A stretch of DNA of 64,000 bases from Longimicrobiales bacterium (GCA_965204735.1 OZ242008.1:2848001-2912000); one strand, 5' to 3'; shown: positions 11,415 to 21,930, counted from the stretch's first letter. Made by a program: numbers and translations. Notes: a model not told the origin generated them from the sequence alone.

Positions 11415-12394
11415 CCGTCTTGCCGGCTGTCGTACGCGATCATGCACCCGCCGGAATCGAGGGCGAGGGACATCCGGGGCGGGTCGCCCAGGATCGAGAG
11501 CAGCTCGCGTTGCTTCTCCTTGGCGACGAGAAAGAGGTAGAAGCCGCCGCCTCCCGCGCCGAGCAGCTTGCCGCCCCAAGCGCCCGCCTTCTTCCCCATC
11601 TCGTGCATGCGGTCGATCTCGGGGTCGGTGACGCTGTCCGACAGCCTCCGCTTCGTCCGCCAGCTCTCGTCGAGCATTTCGCCGATCAGCCGCACGTCCA
11701 GCCGCTCCGCAGAGAGTGCCCGCTTGGTCTCCACGGCGATTCGGTGAAGCGACTTGAGGCAGGCGAGGTTCGCCCGCCGCCTGGCTGCCTGCTGCGCCAG
11801 CAGCGGCGCGGCCTTGCGTCGGCGCCCGGTGAACACCAGCAAGGCGCTCTCCTCCAGGAGCGTCTGGTTCTCCCGAGACAGCGGCAAAGGTTCGACCCGA
11901 GCCCCCCGGCCGTCGAACTCGATCGCCTTCAGGCCCGGGTACACGACGCCGAACTGGTCCTGCCATCCCGAGGGCATGCGCAGCGTTTCGGTCTCGATGC
12001 TCACGGCTTCCCTGGCAAGGTCCTCCCGTCGGTGCTCCAGGTTCAGCAGGGCGCGCACCGCCCTCACGACGCCCGCCGCCACGGCGCCGCTGGAGCCCAG
12101 CCCCGTGCCCGCGGGCACCTCGCCCACCATCGCCATCTCCACGCCGGAGCGCAGCCCGTAGGACTCCAGGACGGCCCGCACGATCTCATGCTTCAGCTCG
12201 TCGGCGCGACGGACGAACTCGGTCTTGAAGTAGGAGAGCCTCACGCTGTCGTCCAGGCGAGAAGTGAGGCACGTGTAGAAGTACTTCCGTATCGCGACGC
12301 TGACCACCAATCCGTCGTGGTCGCGAAAGTGCGACGGAAAGTCGGTCCCGCCACCGGCCAAGCTGACACGGTAGGGCGTGCGCGTAATGATCAC
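11411..12394 (-). CDS. hddA: GHMP kinase, D-glycero-alpha-D-manno-heptose 7-phosphate kinase-like
   Basis: (V)IITRTPYRVSLAGGGTDFP, PAGTGLGSSG, GWQDQ, GGKLLGAGGGG. Confidence 0.85.
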   Translation of the reverse strand: MIITRTPYRVSLAGGGTDFPSHFRDHDGLVVSVAIRKYFYTCLTSRLDDSVRLSYFKTEFVRRADELKHEIVRAVLESYGLRSGVEMAMVGEVPAGTGLGSSGAVAAGVVRAVRALLNLEHRREDLAREAVSIETETLRMPSGWQDQFGVVYPGLKAIEFDGRGARVEPLPLSRENQTLLEESALLVFTGRRRKAAPLLAQQAARRRANLACLKSLHRIAVETKRALSAERLDVRLIGEMLDESWRTKRRLSDSVTDPEIDRMHEMGKKAGAWGGKLLGAGGGGFYLFLVAKEKQRELLSILGDPPRMSLALDSGGCMIAYDSRQDG

Positions 12395-13044
12395 GTACGC
12401 GATTGGGAGAGCATGTCGATCACCGAGTGGAGCATGGCTTCGTGGGCCAGCTCCGCATGGCCGTAGACCCTGGTGGGCGTGTGGAAGGACAACGTCGCGG
12501 CCAGGCTGTTGAGCCGATTGGTCGGCGAGAACGCGGAGAAGGTCACCAAGCTCATCCCCGTCTCGAGCCCGGCTCGTGCCGCGTCGACCACGTTCTGCGA
12601 CATGCCGGAGCTGGAGATCGCCATCAGCACGTCTCCCTGGCAAGCCGAGACGGCAAGAGGCTTCCTGAACACGCTTTCGTAGCCGAAGTCGTTCGAGACG
12701 CAGGTGATCAGCGAGGCGTCGTTGAAGGTGTGGGACCGAACGCCGCCCGCGTTCAGCAGGTCCTGCGACATGTGGGACGCCACCGCCGCGCTTCCGCCGT
12801 TGCCGATCCAGAAGACGGAGCGGGTCGAGCCGCCCTTGCCGCCGACGGACCAAAGCCGCGCCAGCGCCGCCAGGCCCTGGGCAAGGGGAACGGATTCGCC
12901 CCGGTGCCTGCAGGTCGACCGAACCAGCAGCTCGGCGAGGGCGCCGAGCCACTCCAGCGCGGCGGCGCCGGGCGCGCTGCCGTCGGTCGGGGCTTCGCGC
13001 GTCGCTTCGTCGGGGGGGGCGTCCCTCGCGCCGGCCGTCCTCAC
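12391..13044 (-). CDS. gmhA: SIS-domain sedoheptulose-7-phosphate isomerase-like protein
   Basis: IGNGGSAAVASH, ITCVSNDFGYESVF, AISSSG.S.N, YGHAELAH; start inferred from GTGA overlap. Confidence 0.8.
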   Translation of the reverse strand: MRTAGARDAPPDEATREAPTDGSAPGAAALEWLGALAELLVRSTCRHRGESVPLAQGLAALARLWSVGGKGGSTRSVFWIGNGGSAAVASHMSQDLLNAGGVRSHTFNDASLITCVSNDFGYESVFRKPLAVSACQGDVLMAISSSGMSQNVVDAARAGLETGMSLVTFSAFSPTNRLNSLAATLSFHTPTRVYGHAELAHEAMLHSVIDMLSQSRT

Positions 13045-14477
13045 AACGGCCCGTTCTCCCATGGCCCCCACAGCGCGTAGGTGGCGCTCGGCGTCGTGCC
13101 GCCGATCTGGCGCGAGCCTTGTTGATTGAAGAACAGCACGCGCCCGTCGGGGCTGAAGCAGGAGCCGGCGAACTCGCCCGGCTGCGGACCGTCGCCGGCC
13201 CTCGGCGCCCGCACCAGATTCACGATCCGCCCTTCCTTGTCCAGGCCTCGCACGTACTGGTCGTCGGTGCCGTCCTCGCACATCACCAGCCCGCCCCTGG
13301 GGCTGAGCACGATGTTGTCGGGGCTGTCCAGCACGTCCTTGGAGGGCGACTCGAAGACGAGGGAGAGCTTGCCGGCCTCGTCGGAGTCGGGCCGGTAGTG
13401 GAAGACCTGGCCGGCCCTGGCGTTGCCGCCGTTGGTCGATACGACGTATATGCCTTCGTCGCCCCAGAAAGCGCCTTCGAGCCGCGCAAAGACCGCCGCG
13501 CCCCTCGCCAATCCCTGCTTGAAGACCGCCAGCGAGTCGTGGTCGGCGGCGGCCGGGTCCGGGTCGTCGATCTCCACCCAGTGGACCGGCACGACGGTTC
13601 CCGGCGCCTGGTCGCGGGCGGTCAAGTACCGGGGAGCGCCCGTGACGGCCATCACCTGGAGTCGGCCTCCGGCCGCCAGCCTTCCGGGTTCGTGCGGAAC
13701 GAAGCGGTAGAACCCGGCGCCGGGAAGGTCCTCCCGACCTGGCACGTACCACGCGTCCTCCGTCTCGTAGACGATCCCCGAGTCGGGGTCGACGGCGACC
13801 GCCTCGTGCACGAAGCGTCCCATCGCCTTGAGGGGGACCGGGTCCACCGGCCCTTCGGCGGCAGCCGGCACTTCGAAGACGTAGCCGTGAGGTTGGTCGT
13901 ACCCGTCGTCGCGGCCGGACGTGATCTCTTCGCACGAGAGCCAGCTGCCCCAGGGGGTGGAGCCGCCGGCGCAGTTGACCAGCGTGCCGGCAAGCGACGC
14001 GAACTCGTCCACCAGCTCCACCTCCAGCCCGCCGGGGCCGGCCGAGAGGCGCACTTCCAGGGAAGTGGTGCCGCCGCTGGCCTTGCCGTCGTAGTGGGGC
14101 GAGCCGATGGGCCGCCCCTTGTCGGGGCCGTCCACCATCTCGTGGTTGCGGATCAGGCGGACGTTGCCGTTGGGGAGGGGAAACGCCGCCATGCCGTCAA
14201 AGGCGTTGGGAACGGCCAGGCCGTCCCGGACCGCCGACGGCACGCCGCCGGAGCTGATCCGCGCGCAGCGGAAGCTCTCGGGGATTTCGATCTCCGGGCA
14301 CTCGGGGCTGGGCACGAGTTCGCCGTAGGGCTTGACTTGACGAGTGGGCGGCGAGCCCTTCGGGCGCCGGGCCGCCGCGTCGCAACAGGCGGCCAGCCCG
14401 GCGGCGGACGGGGTAAGGACCGCTCCCCCTCCGGCGGCGGCCAGCGCTTTGAGAAAGGAGCGTCGAACGATCGACAT
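13041..14477 (-). CDS. phoX: Tat-exported PhoX-family (DUF839) alkaline phosphatase
   Basis: RRSFLK Tat motif, DGMAAF, RNHE, NCAGG.TPWG.WLSCEE, GRF.HEA, PDN, CED, EFAG.CFSPDG. Confidence 0.88.
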   Translation of the reverse strand: MSIVRRSFLKALAAAGGGAVLTPSAAGLAACCDAAARRPKGSPPTRQVKPYGELVPSPECPEIEIPESFRCARISSGGVPSAVRDGLAVPNAFDGMAAFPLPNGNVRLIRNHEMVDGPDKGRPIGSPHYDGKASGGTTSLEVRLSAGPGGLEVELVDEFASLAGTLVNCAGGSTPWGSWLSCEEITSGRDDGYDQPHGYVFEVPAAAEGPVDPVPLKAMGRFVHEAVAVDPDSGIVYETEDAWYVPGREDLPGAGFYRFVPHEPGRLAAGGRLQVMAVTGAPRYLTARDQAPGTVVPVHWVEIDDPDPAAADHDSLAVFKQGLARGAAVFARLEGAFWGDEGIYVVSTNGGNARAGQVFHYRPDSDEAGKLSLVFESPSKDVLDSPDNIVLSPRGGLVMCEDGTDDQYVRGLDKEGRIVNLVRAPRAGDGPQPGEFAGSCFSPDGRVLFFNQQGSRQIGGTTPSATYALWGPWENGPL

Positions 14478-14702
14478 CGGCTTGGCGCGGAGTCCTGTGG
14501 CTAGGGGGCTCGGTCGTCGTCAAAGGTAACCGCTGAGGCCGCCGCCTGCGCCCTGTGCACGGACGATGGCGCCGTTCAGCGGGGTCGCGACCCGCATCGA
14601 TTTCGCAGGATGTTTTCGCGCGTCTGTTCTCGTCGCTACTTTCTCGTCAACCGTGCTCCTCCTTCACCGGAGAGGGCTTCGCTTCACCAAGAGATCGGCG
14701 CA

Positions 14703-15908
14703 ATGACCAAGAACGCGAACGCAACCGACACGACCGCTCCGAGGGCCACGCTGTGGGAAAGGCGGGAGTTCCTCAAGACGACGGCGGCCGCGGCCGGCGC
14801 GCTGGGCATCGGCGCGGCGTGCACGGCCGGGACGGACTCGCCGCCGGCGCCGCCGTCCCCCCTCTCAATCCTGATCCTGGGCGGCACGGGCTTCATTGGT
14901 CCCCACATGGTCAAGTACGCCATGGCGCGGGGCCACACGCTCACACTCTTCAACCGGGGCAGGACCAACACCCATCTCTTCCCGGACGTGGAGAAGCTGG
15001 TGGGCGACCGGGCGAACGACCTGGCCGCCCTGGAGGGGCGCACCTGGGACGCGGTCATCGACAACTCGGGCTTCATCCCCAGGCATGTGCGCGAGTCGGC
15101 CGCGCTCCTGGCCGACTCGGGGCGCTACGCCTTCGTCTCGACGATCTCCGCCTACAAGGACCTGGCCACGCCCGGGATCACCGAAGAGTACGACGTGGCG
15201 CGGCTGGAAGACCCGGCGCTGGAAGACACGGACGAGTGGGACGGCGCCACCTACGGACCGTTCAAGGCCCTCTGCGAAGAGGCCGTGCAGGAAGTCTTCG
15301 GCGACCGGGCCAACATCGTCCGCCCGGGCTACATCGTGGGACCCCGGGACGGAACCGACCGCTGGACCTACTGGCCGGTCCGGGTGGCCGCCGGAGGCGA
15401 CGTGGCCGTGCCCGGAACTCCCGAAGACCCCGTCCAGTTCATAGACGCCCGAGACTTGGCGCAGTGGATCGTGCGCATGATGGAGGACGGCGTCGGCGGC
15501 GTCTTCAACGGCGTGGGACCGGCCGAGCAGATCGACATGGCGACCATGCTGGAGACGTGCCGAGAAGTCAGCGGCAGCGACGCCGCCTTCCACTGGATGG
15601 AGTTCGAGTTCGTTCGGGAGCAGGGGGCGTTCTTCCCGATCTGGGCGCCCCCCGAGGGCGACTTCGCCGCCGCGCACATGGTGTCCAACGCGGCCGCGGT
15701 GGCCGCGGGCTACGCCAGCCGCCCGGTCGCCGACACGATCCGCGACACCCTGGCTTGGTGGAACGAAGAGGCCCTGGCCGACCGGCCCGACGGCATGCGC
15801 AACGGACTCCGCACGCGGGAGATGGAGAGGGGACCGGCTGCCATGGAGGCGATGCGGGAAGCGGAGCGGGCGCTGCTGGAGGCTTGGACGGCGCGCGACG
15901 CCCAATAG
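14703..15908 (+). CDS. NAD-dependent epimerase/dehydratase family protein (atypical SDR) with Tat/lipoprotein leader
   Basis: RREFLK, GAAC lipobox-like, ILGGTGFIG, FNRG, YG..K..CE, RPG.IVGP.D. Confidence 0.85.
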   Translation: MTKNANATDTTAPRATLWERREFLKTTAAAAGALGIGAACTAGTDSPPAPPSPLSILILGGTGFIGPHMVKYAMARGHTLTLFNRGRTNTHLFPDVEKLVGDRANDLAALEGRTWDAVIDNSGFIPRHVRESAALLADSGRYAFVSTISAYKDLATPGITEEYDVARLEDPALEDTDEWDGATYGPFKALCEEAVQEVFGDRANIVRPGYIVGPRDGTDRWTYWPVRVAAGGDVAVPGTPEDPVQFIDARDLAQWIVRMMEDGVGGVFNGVGPAEQIDMATMLETCREVSGSDAAFHWMEFEFVREQGAFFPIWAPPEGDFAAAHMVSNAAAVAAGYASRPVADTIRDTLAWWNEEALADRPDGMRNGLRTREMERGPAAMEAMREAERALLEAWTARDAQ

Positions 15909-15978
15909 GACCCCAAGCTTTCCCAGGCCGGCGTCCCCTCCGTCGGGCGACAGCGACCCGCCGCCGGGTGACGTCTCC

Positions 15979-16950
15979 TCACGACCCCCGCGGCGGAGGC
16001 GCCCGTCTTCCTCCGGGGCCGGACTCGGCCTTCCACCGGTCGTAGCGCATCCGCAGCGTCTTGACGGGGTTGGCGTTCTCGTCGGGGCGGACGTTCTGGT
16101 CGTTGACGTCGATGTACAGGGAGTACTCGCCGTCGTTGAACGACTCGCCCTCCGGGTCGCCGGGGTCGGCCACGAGGATGTAGGCGACATGAGAGGTCTT
16201 GCCGTCGCAGGCCACGCCCTCGAGCAGCGGGGGAGCTTCGCAGGTGCAGCGGCGGTCGCCGCCCTGGGCGTCGGCGGCCTCCATCGCCGCCATGACCCGG
16301 TCGGCCATTGCGCCGCCCTGGGCCTTGAACGCCGCCACCGCTTGGTGGACCACGTCGTCGGAGGCCAGGATGTTTCCCTGGACCGAGAAGTAGATCCCCG
16401 CCTCCGGCACGCTGTCGGCCACTGCCAGCGAGGCCTGCCCGTTGCGGCTCCCCGAGTGCCCCGCGCATCGGCCCTGCATGTCCACGATCGCGAACTGCCG
16501 CCGCTCGAAGCTGGAGTCCGCCGCCAGCATCTCGACGATCGCCTCGGGCGCCGTCCGCTTCTTCAGTTCGCGGTAGACCAGCTCCTGGTTGGAACGGCTC
16601 CGGTCGACCCCCGCTTGGGCCACCGCCACGCCGACGCCCGGCGCGACGATCGCCTGGATGTCCATGAGGCCCTTGGCCGGGAAGCCGGCGAAGCGCTCTT
16701 GGGCCACGCAAGTGGCAGAGGCGACGATCACCTGGCCGGTCCGCGTGTCCACGGCGATCACCGACCACGTGGCCGAGAGCGACGCCGGAACGGTCAGCAC
16801 GACCAGGCACGCCGCGACGAGGCGACGGACGCAGGCGAAGCGGCGAGTGCGCTCGTGCGCCCTTGAAGCGGCCGGCGAACGTCCTCGACCGCGCGAAGGC
16901 TTCCGGGCCGGCCGGGAGGAGGGTTGCCTGGGGGAGCGGGGACGGGTCAT
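15979..16950 (-). CDS. DUF1028 (Ntn-hydrolase-like) protein
   Basis: ATWSVIAVD..TG, GVGVAVAQA, RQFAIVD, SVQGNIL, GGDRRC; start uncertain. Confidence 0.8.
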   Translation of the reverse strand: MTRPRSPRQPSSRPARKPSRGRGRSPAASRAHERTRRFACVRRLVAACLVVLTVPASLSATWSVIAVDTRTGQVIVASATCVAQERFAGFPAKGLMDIQAIVAPGVGVAVAQAGVDRSRSNQELVYRELKKRTAPEAIVEMLAADSSFERRQFAIVDMQGRCAGHSGSRNGQASLAVADSVPEAGIYFSVQGNILASDDVVHQAVAAFKAQGGAMADRVMAAMEAADAQGGDRRCTCEAPPLLEGVACDGKTSHVAYILVADPGDPEGESFNDGEYSLYIDVNDQNVRPDENANPVKTLRMRYDRWKAESGPGGRRAPPPRGS

Positions 16951-17054
16951 CGTAGCCTCCATCGCGTCTCGGAAGAGAGAGTCGGGGTTCGCATGAACGG
17001 GCCCCGGCGGGCGCCAAGCCCCCGGGCACGACGCCAACTTGCAGGAGTCAGCAG

Positions 17055-18566
17055 ATGTCCGACAAGCTCGATCCCGGCGCCGGAACCCCGGTCAGCCGCA
17101 GAACCTTCGTGGAGCGAGGCGCCAAGATCGCCGCCGGCGCCGTTGCGGCGCCCCGGGCGGCGCTGGCAAGCTCCCGTCGCCGACCCCCCTCGGAGAAGCT
17201 GAACGTGGGCATCGTGGGCGTCGGCGGACAGGGAACGGAGAACGCGCTGGAGCTGGGCTCGGAGCACGTCGCCGCGATCTGCGACGTGGACTTCGGCGTG
17301 GTGCACCGGCGGGTCCAGGAGCGGCTCGTCGACTACGACGGCAACCCTTCCGAGAAGGGGCGCCGATGGCGGGAGCAGTTCCTGCAGGCCCGCCAGTACG
17401 TGGACTTCCGCGAGATGCTGGACCAGGAGCGGGAGCTGGACGCCGTGGTGGTCGCAACGCCGGACCACCTGCACGCCCCCGTCGCCAAGGCGGCGATGGA
17501 GGCCGGCAAGCACGTCTACGTCGAGAAGCCCCTGACGTACACGGTTCACGAAGCGCGGGCGCTGGCCCGGCTGGCGGAGGAGACCGGCGTGGTCACCCAG
17601 ATGGGCAACCAGGGCCACTCTGCGGACAGCGCGCGCCTGATCAACGAGTGGGTGCAGGCCGGCGTGATCGGGACGGTCGGCGAGGTCCACGTGTGGACCA
17701 ACCGCCCGATCTGGCCCCAGGGCGTGCTCCGGCCGGGGCCGTGGAAGGAAGGCCTGAACCCGGGCTGGTACCAGCAGTGGCACCAGGGCGCGATCCACGC
17801 GCTGGCGGCCGACGTGATGGACGCGGACTACCCGTTGCCGCACCAGATGCGGTGGGACCTGTACCTGGGTCCGACCACCAGGGACGTGCCCTACCACCCA
17901 GTCTACCACCCGTTCAACTGGCGGGGCTGGGTCGACTTCGGCGCGAGCGCCCTGGGCGACATGGGCGCGCACCTGATCGACCATCCGGTGTGGGCGCTGG
18001 GACTGACCTGCCCCACCCGCGTGGAAGCCACGTCGACGCCCTGGGGCGGCTCGGACGACGAACCCGTCTCCTTCCCCCTGGCCATGCGCGCCCACTTCGA
18101 GTTCCCCGCCCGGGGCGCGGCGCCGCCGGTGGACCTGCACTGGTACGACGGCGGACTCATGCCTCCGCGCCCCGGCGGCCTCCCTTCCCACGTGGAGCTG
18201 GAGCGCGAGGGGGGCGTCATCTTCGTCGGCAGTCGGGGCATCCTGATGCACGAGACCTACGGGCGGAACCCGCAGCTCTTCCCCGCCCACCTGGCGGACG
18301 AGGCCGGCGACGTCGAGAAGCGCTACCCGCGCATCGAGGAGTCGCATCAGATGAACTGGGTCAGGGCGTGCAAGGAGGGGGGCGAGGCGTCGTGCCCCTT
18401 CGACTACGGCGCCCGCCTCACCGAGATCATGCTGCTGGGGATCGTGGCGCTGCGGACGGGCCAGGGCCGCGCGATCGACTACGACGCCGAAGCGATGCGG
18501 GTCGTCAACGCCGACGAGGCCAACCGCTACCTGACCCGGGAGTACCGGGACGGCTGGGCGGTGTAG
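17055..18566 (+). CDS. Gfo/Idh/MocA oxidoreductase with Tat-like leader
   Basis: SRRTF, VGVGGQG, VVATPDH.H, HVYVEKP, QMGNQG, GDMGAH. Confidence 0.9.
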   Translation: MSDKLDPGAGTPVSRRTFVERGAKIAAGAVAAPRAALASSRRRPPSEKLNVGIVGVGGQGTENALELGSEHVAAICDVDFGVVHRRVQERLVDYDGNPSEKGRRWREQFLQARQYVDFREMLDQERELDAVVVATPDHLHAPVAKAAMEAGKHVYVEKPLTYTVHEARALARLAEETGVVTQMGNQGHSADSARLINEWVQAGVIGTVGEVHVWTNRPIWPQGVLRPGPWKEGLNPGWYQQWHQGAIHALAADVMDADYPLPHQMRWDLYLGPTTRDVPYHPVYHPFNWRGWVDFGASALGDMGAHLIDHPVWALGLTCPTRVEATSTPWGGSDDEPVSFPLAMRAHFEFPARGAAPPVDLHWYDGGLMPPRPGGLPSHVELEREGGVIFVGSRGILMHETYGRNPQLFPAHLADEAGDVEKRYPRIEESHQMNWVRACKEGGEASCPFDYGARLTEIMLLGIVALRTGQGRAIDYDAEAMRVVNADEANRYLTREYRDGWAV

Positions 18567-18573
18567 AGGCCGG

Positions 18574-19551
18574 TCAGAGCTCCACCAGCCGCCCGACCCC
18601 TTCGGCCTCGGCCCTGCGGAGCGCCTCCGCCCCGATCGCCACGTCCTGCACGGCGGTCCCGACGGACTTGAAGAACGTCAGCTCCCGGCCCGCGCTCCCT
18701 TCCAGAGCCCGGCCGGCCACGATCTCGCCCAGCTCGGCGTCGATCACGTCGTGGGGAACCGTCCCGTCTCGGATGGGGACCACGATGTCGCCGGCCTCCT
18801 CCAGCGCCGACTCCCGATGCTCCACCACCACCCGGGCGCGCTTCACGACCTCGGGGCCGATCTCCTGCGCATCCGGCCGAAAGCTGCCGCTGCCGCTCAC
18901 ATGGGTTCCGGCCGGGAGGCGGGCGCCGTCGAACACCGGGGTGCGCGACGGAGTGACGGCCACGATCACGTCGGCGCCCTCCACCGCCTCTGCCGGGTCC
19001 GCCACGGCCAGGGCCTCGACGCCCTCCAGCGACGCCGCCAGCCTTCGCGCCGACACGCCTCCCCGCGACACGATCCGCACTTCCTCGATCGGCCGCACCG
19101 CCCGCGCGGCCTCGATCTGGCGGGGCGCCTGGGCGCCGGCGCCGAAGATCGCCAGGACTCGCGACTCGGGGCGGCTCAGCAGCCGCGTCGCGAGCCCCGC
19201 GGCGGCCGCGGTGCGGATCGCCGTGAGCTCGCCGGCCTCCATGACGGCCTTCGGCAGCCCGGTGTCGTCGTCGAGGACCAGCACGACCCCGTTGATCGAC
19301 GGCAACCCCCGCTCCCGGTTGCCGGGGAAGAGCGACGCGACCTTCACGCCGCGCGCGCCGGCGTCTTGCAGGCGGGCAGGCATGAACAAGCTGACGCCGC
19401 CGCCGGAGGCCAGGGCCACGCGCACCGGCATCTCCGCCCGCCGCGCCGAAAGCTGGCCGAAGGCGGTTGCCATGGCGTTGATGGCGTCTTCCATGGGGAC
19501 CAGAGAGACGATGTCGGCGCGAGAGAGGACGCGGAGCGGGCTCGCCGTCAC
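18574..19551 (-). CDS. Ornithine cyclodeaminase / mu-crystallin family protein
   Basis: LFMPA, GVKV.S, LTAIRTAAA, FGAGAQA, FKSVG.AVQD. Confidence 0.9.
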   Translation of the reverse strand: MTASPLRVLSRADIVSLVPMEDAINAMATAFGQLSARRAEMPVRVALASGGGVSLFMPARLQDAGARGVKVASLFPGNRERGLPSINGVVLVLDDDTGLPKAVMEAGELTAIRTAAAAGLATRLLSRPESRVLAIFGAGAQAPRQIEAARAVRPIEEVRIVSRGGVSARRLAASLEGVEALAVADPAEAVEGADVIVAVTPSRTPVFDGARLPAGTHVSGSGSFRPDAQEIGPEVVKRARVVVEHRESALEEAGDIVVPIRDGTVPHDVIDAELGEIVAGRALEGSAGRELTFFKSVGTAVQDVAIGAEALRRAEAEGVGRLVEL

Positions 19552-20102
19552 GAAGCCTCCAGGTACCGTTCCTCCAGCACCTTCCGGTGGTGCGTCGAGT
19601 GTCCGGCGACGATCCAGGCGACGCCCCTCACGCTGAACTCCACGTCGTTGGCCACGCCCCGGCGGTTCCAGGCGTGGTCCTCCAAGCCGGCGAAGAGCAG
19701 GACGGTGGCCCGGCGCACGGCCCGAAGCTCCTCGGCCAAGCCGGAGAGACCGCGCCGGTCCGCTCCCGACGCGACGGCGTAGTCGTTCTCGTCGAAGGAG
19801 GGGTAGCGGGCTTGGTCGCCCCGAGCGAAAGCCAGCGCCCGGGCCGCGAACATGCGTTCGGCGTCGATCACGTGGCCCACGACCTCGCGCACCGTCCACT
19901 TGCCGGGCGCGTAGCGGTGGCCTTCCCTCTCCGGCGCCACCCGCGCCAGCACGCCGTCCCATGCGGCCATGTCCTCGCCCAGCACGTCCAGGGGCGAGTC
20001 GCCGGCGGCGGCCGCGGCAGCGACATAGGGAGCGTAGAAGCTGGGGCAGTCGCCGGGGCGGGGCGGGCCGGCGTCGGCCGGGCCGGAGCGCGTGGAGGTC
20101 AC
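19548..20102 (-). CDS. DinB family protein
   Basis: RYAPGKWTVREVVGHVIDAER, FDENDY, AGH..HH. Confidence 0.88.
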   Translation of the reverse strand: MTSTRSGPADAGPPRPGDCPSFYAPYVAAAAAAGDSPLDVLGEDMAAWDGVLARVAPEREGHRYAPGKWTVREVVGHVIDAERMFAARALAFARGDQARYPSFDENDYAVASGADRRGLSGLAEELRAVRRATVLLFAGLEDHAWNRRGVANDVEFSVRGVAWIVAGHSTHHRKVLEERYLEAS

Positions 20103-20647
20103 GGATCCAGAAGCGACTCGACGTCGGCCTTCACGTCGTCGGCCGTCGGATGGAAGCGACCCGGCCACTTGCGAGCGATCCTTCCTTCGGCGTCCACCAG
20201 GAAGCTGGCCGGCAGCCCGTTGAGGAAGTACAGGTCCATGATCTCCTGGGAAGGCTGGTGGTACAGGGGGAACGAGACGCCCACCTCGGCGGCGAACTCC
20301 TCGATCAGCGGTCGGTCGGAGCGGCCGTCCACGCTGACGCCCACCACGCGGAAGCCCCGGTCCGAGTACGCGTCGTGAAGTTCCTGAAGCTCCGGCATCT
20401 CCTGGCGGCAGGGCGCGCACCAAGTCGCCCACACGTTGAGCAGGTAGGGGCCGCCGAGGAGGTCCTGGGAGCTGAAGGGCGGGCCGTCGTCGAGGCTCGA
20501 CGCCGTGAACGGCGGCGCCGCGTCGCCGACCTGGGGCGCTCTGATCTCGCCGAGAGCGCACCCCGCAACGGCCAGCGCGACCAAGGCGCCCAGGCGCGTG
20601 GCGGCTCGTCCGGCGGGCCGGCCGAGCCATGCAAGGTTATTCTTCAT
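20099..20647 (-). CDS. TlpA/ResA-family thiol-disulfide oxidoreductase (lipoprotein)
   Basis: VAGC lipobox, LLNVWATWCAPCRQEMP, LP.SFLVD.EG. Confidence 0.9.
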   Translation of the reverse strand: MKNNLAWLGRPAGRAATRLGALVALAVAGCALGEIRAPQVGDAAPPFTASSLDDGPPFSSQDLLGGPYLLNVWATWCAPCRQEMPELQELHDAYSDRGFRVVGVSVDGRSDRPLIEEFAAEVGVSFPLYHQPSQEIMDLYFLNGLPASFLVDAEGRIARKWPGRFHPTADDVKADVESLLDP

Positions 20648-20867
20648 CTGCGGGTCATCTTCTTGGCAGGGAGAACAGGCGCAAGCTGCCGCCGAGACGG
20701 GCGCCGGCCAACGCCGACATCCGCGTGGGGTCCACTTCGACTTTCCGCGGCCCAAGCTACCGCCTAGGCGGGACGCCGGCCAACCCTTCGGCGGGCTGAA
20801 GCGGAACCGGGAGCGCGGGTGCCGCGTAGGGGGACGACACTTCGCCATCGGACTTCGGGAGAGCTCC

Positions 20868-21587
20868 ATGGAGTCGACGCAGTTCACGGATCAGGACGCG
20901 GAAGCCGCCGCGCGGAGCGGAGGGGCCAAGGGGAAGCTGCTCTTCCTGGCCGGATTCGCCGTCTACTTCGGCGCGCTGTGGCAGCTGTGGGAGACGCCCG
21001 CGATCTACCCGATGAAGATCTTCGTGGTCATGCTTCACGAGATCAGCCATGGGATCGCCTCCGTCGCGACGGGGGGCACGATCGAGAAGATCGTTCTCGA
21101 CCCGCACCAGGGGGGAGCCTGCTACTGTCCCGGCGGAAGCGCGTTCATCACTCTCTCGGCAGGCTACCTGGGCAGTCTGCTGTGGGGAGTGGCGATGCTG
21201 CGCGCGGCCGGGTCGGCCCGCATTCCCGACCAGCCGGTGGTCTTCCTCATGGGCGCGGCGGTGGCGACGCTGTCGATCCTCTACGTCAGGAGCGGGTTCG
21301 GCCTCCTCTTCGGCCTGGGCTTCGGAGGCGCGCTGATGGCGTCCGCCGGCCTTCTGGGGCCGAAGATCAGCCGGGTCGTCCTCACCGTGCTGGGGCTGAC
21401 CAGCTGCCTCTATGCGATCCTCGACATCAAGAGCGACGTGCTCGACCGACCGCACCTCCGGTCCGACGCCGCCATGCTGGCCGAGATGACGCCCGGGATC
21501 TCGACCACGACATGGGGGATCTTATGGATCACCGTCGCGGTCGTCGTGAGCGGATTGGCGTTCCGACGGGCCTTCCGGGCGGCGTGA
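20868..21587 (+). CDS. M50B-like membrane metallopeptidase
   Basis: LHEISHG (HExxH), AGYLGS, SDA..LA; multiple TM segments. Confidence 0.85.
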   Translation: MESTQFTDQDAEAAARSGGAKGKLLFLAGFAVYFGALWQLWETPAIYPMKIFVVMLHEISHGIASVATGGTIEKIVLDPHQGGACYCPGGSAFITLSAGYLGSLLWGVAMLRAAGSARIPDQPVVFLMGAAVATLSILYVRSGFGLLFGLGFGGALMASAGLLGPKISRVVLTVLGLTSCLYAILDIKSDVLDRPHLRSDAAMLAEMTPGISTTTWGILWITVAVVVSGLAFRRAFRAA

Positions 21588-21638
21588 CTTGCCTGCTCGG
21601 CGCCTCGACTTGGCGGGCGGGCGGCGCGAGCTGCTCGC

Positions 21639-21668
21639 TTGACTCCACGCCCGTTCCAACCTTAGCTT
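21639..21668 (+). promoter_or_regulatory. Putative sigma70 promoter TTGACT-N18-TAGCTT
   Basis: Near-consensus -35 and a TAnnnT -10 in an intergenic region. Confidence 0.5.
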
Positions 21669-21680
21669 GCAGGACAAGCT

Positions 21681-21896
21681 GGGGGCGCGGACGCGCTTCC
21701 GGCGGCTTCGAGCAGGACACGGTGTTCCGCCCGATGTCGAACCCACAGAAAAGGAGGTGATCACTTGTCCAGTCCCAGTACCCAGCCCAACCCGGCAAGG
21801 GCAGGCGGTCGCCGCTTCGGCAACTAGCCGAATCACGATCGAACGTTCGCGCCGTAAGCGGCCATCGCGCCGGGTTGCGGCCGGTTCAACGCCCCC
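21681..21896 (+). ncRNA. Putative structured small RNA or small-peptide mRNA
   Basis: 5' and 3' segments are complementary in several nested helices; flanked by a promoter and a terminator-like hairpin. Confidence 0.45.
21765..21827 (+). CDS. Putative 20-aa small ORF (MSSPSTQPNPARAGGRRFGN)
   Basis: TTG start just after AAAGGAGGTGATC; no family recognised. Confidence 0.3.
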   Translation: MSSPSTQPNPARAGGRRFGN

Positions 21897-21930
21897 GGAG
21901 GCCAGCAGTGCTTGCGCCTCCGGGGGCGTT
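21888..21930. terminator. 15-bp GC-rich hairpin between convergent units, likely terminator
   Basis: AACGCCCCCGGAGGC ... GCCTCCGGGGGCGTT followed by TCGTCTTC. Confidence 0.7.

Noticed and set aside
21749..21763. 16S rRNA 3'-end fragment on the minus strand
   Set aside because: The match stops at the anti-SD complement; flanking sequence does not continue as 16S helix 45
21681..21896. tmRNA (5' GGGGGCG start and short internal ORF)
   Set aside because: No T-arm GGTTCRANTCC or 3' CCA end, and the ORF lacks an Ala-rich tag tail
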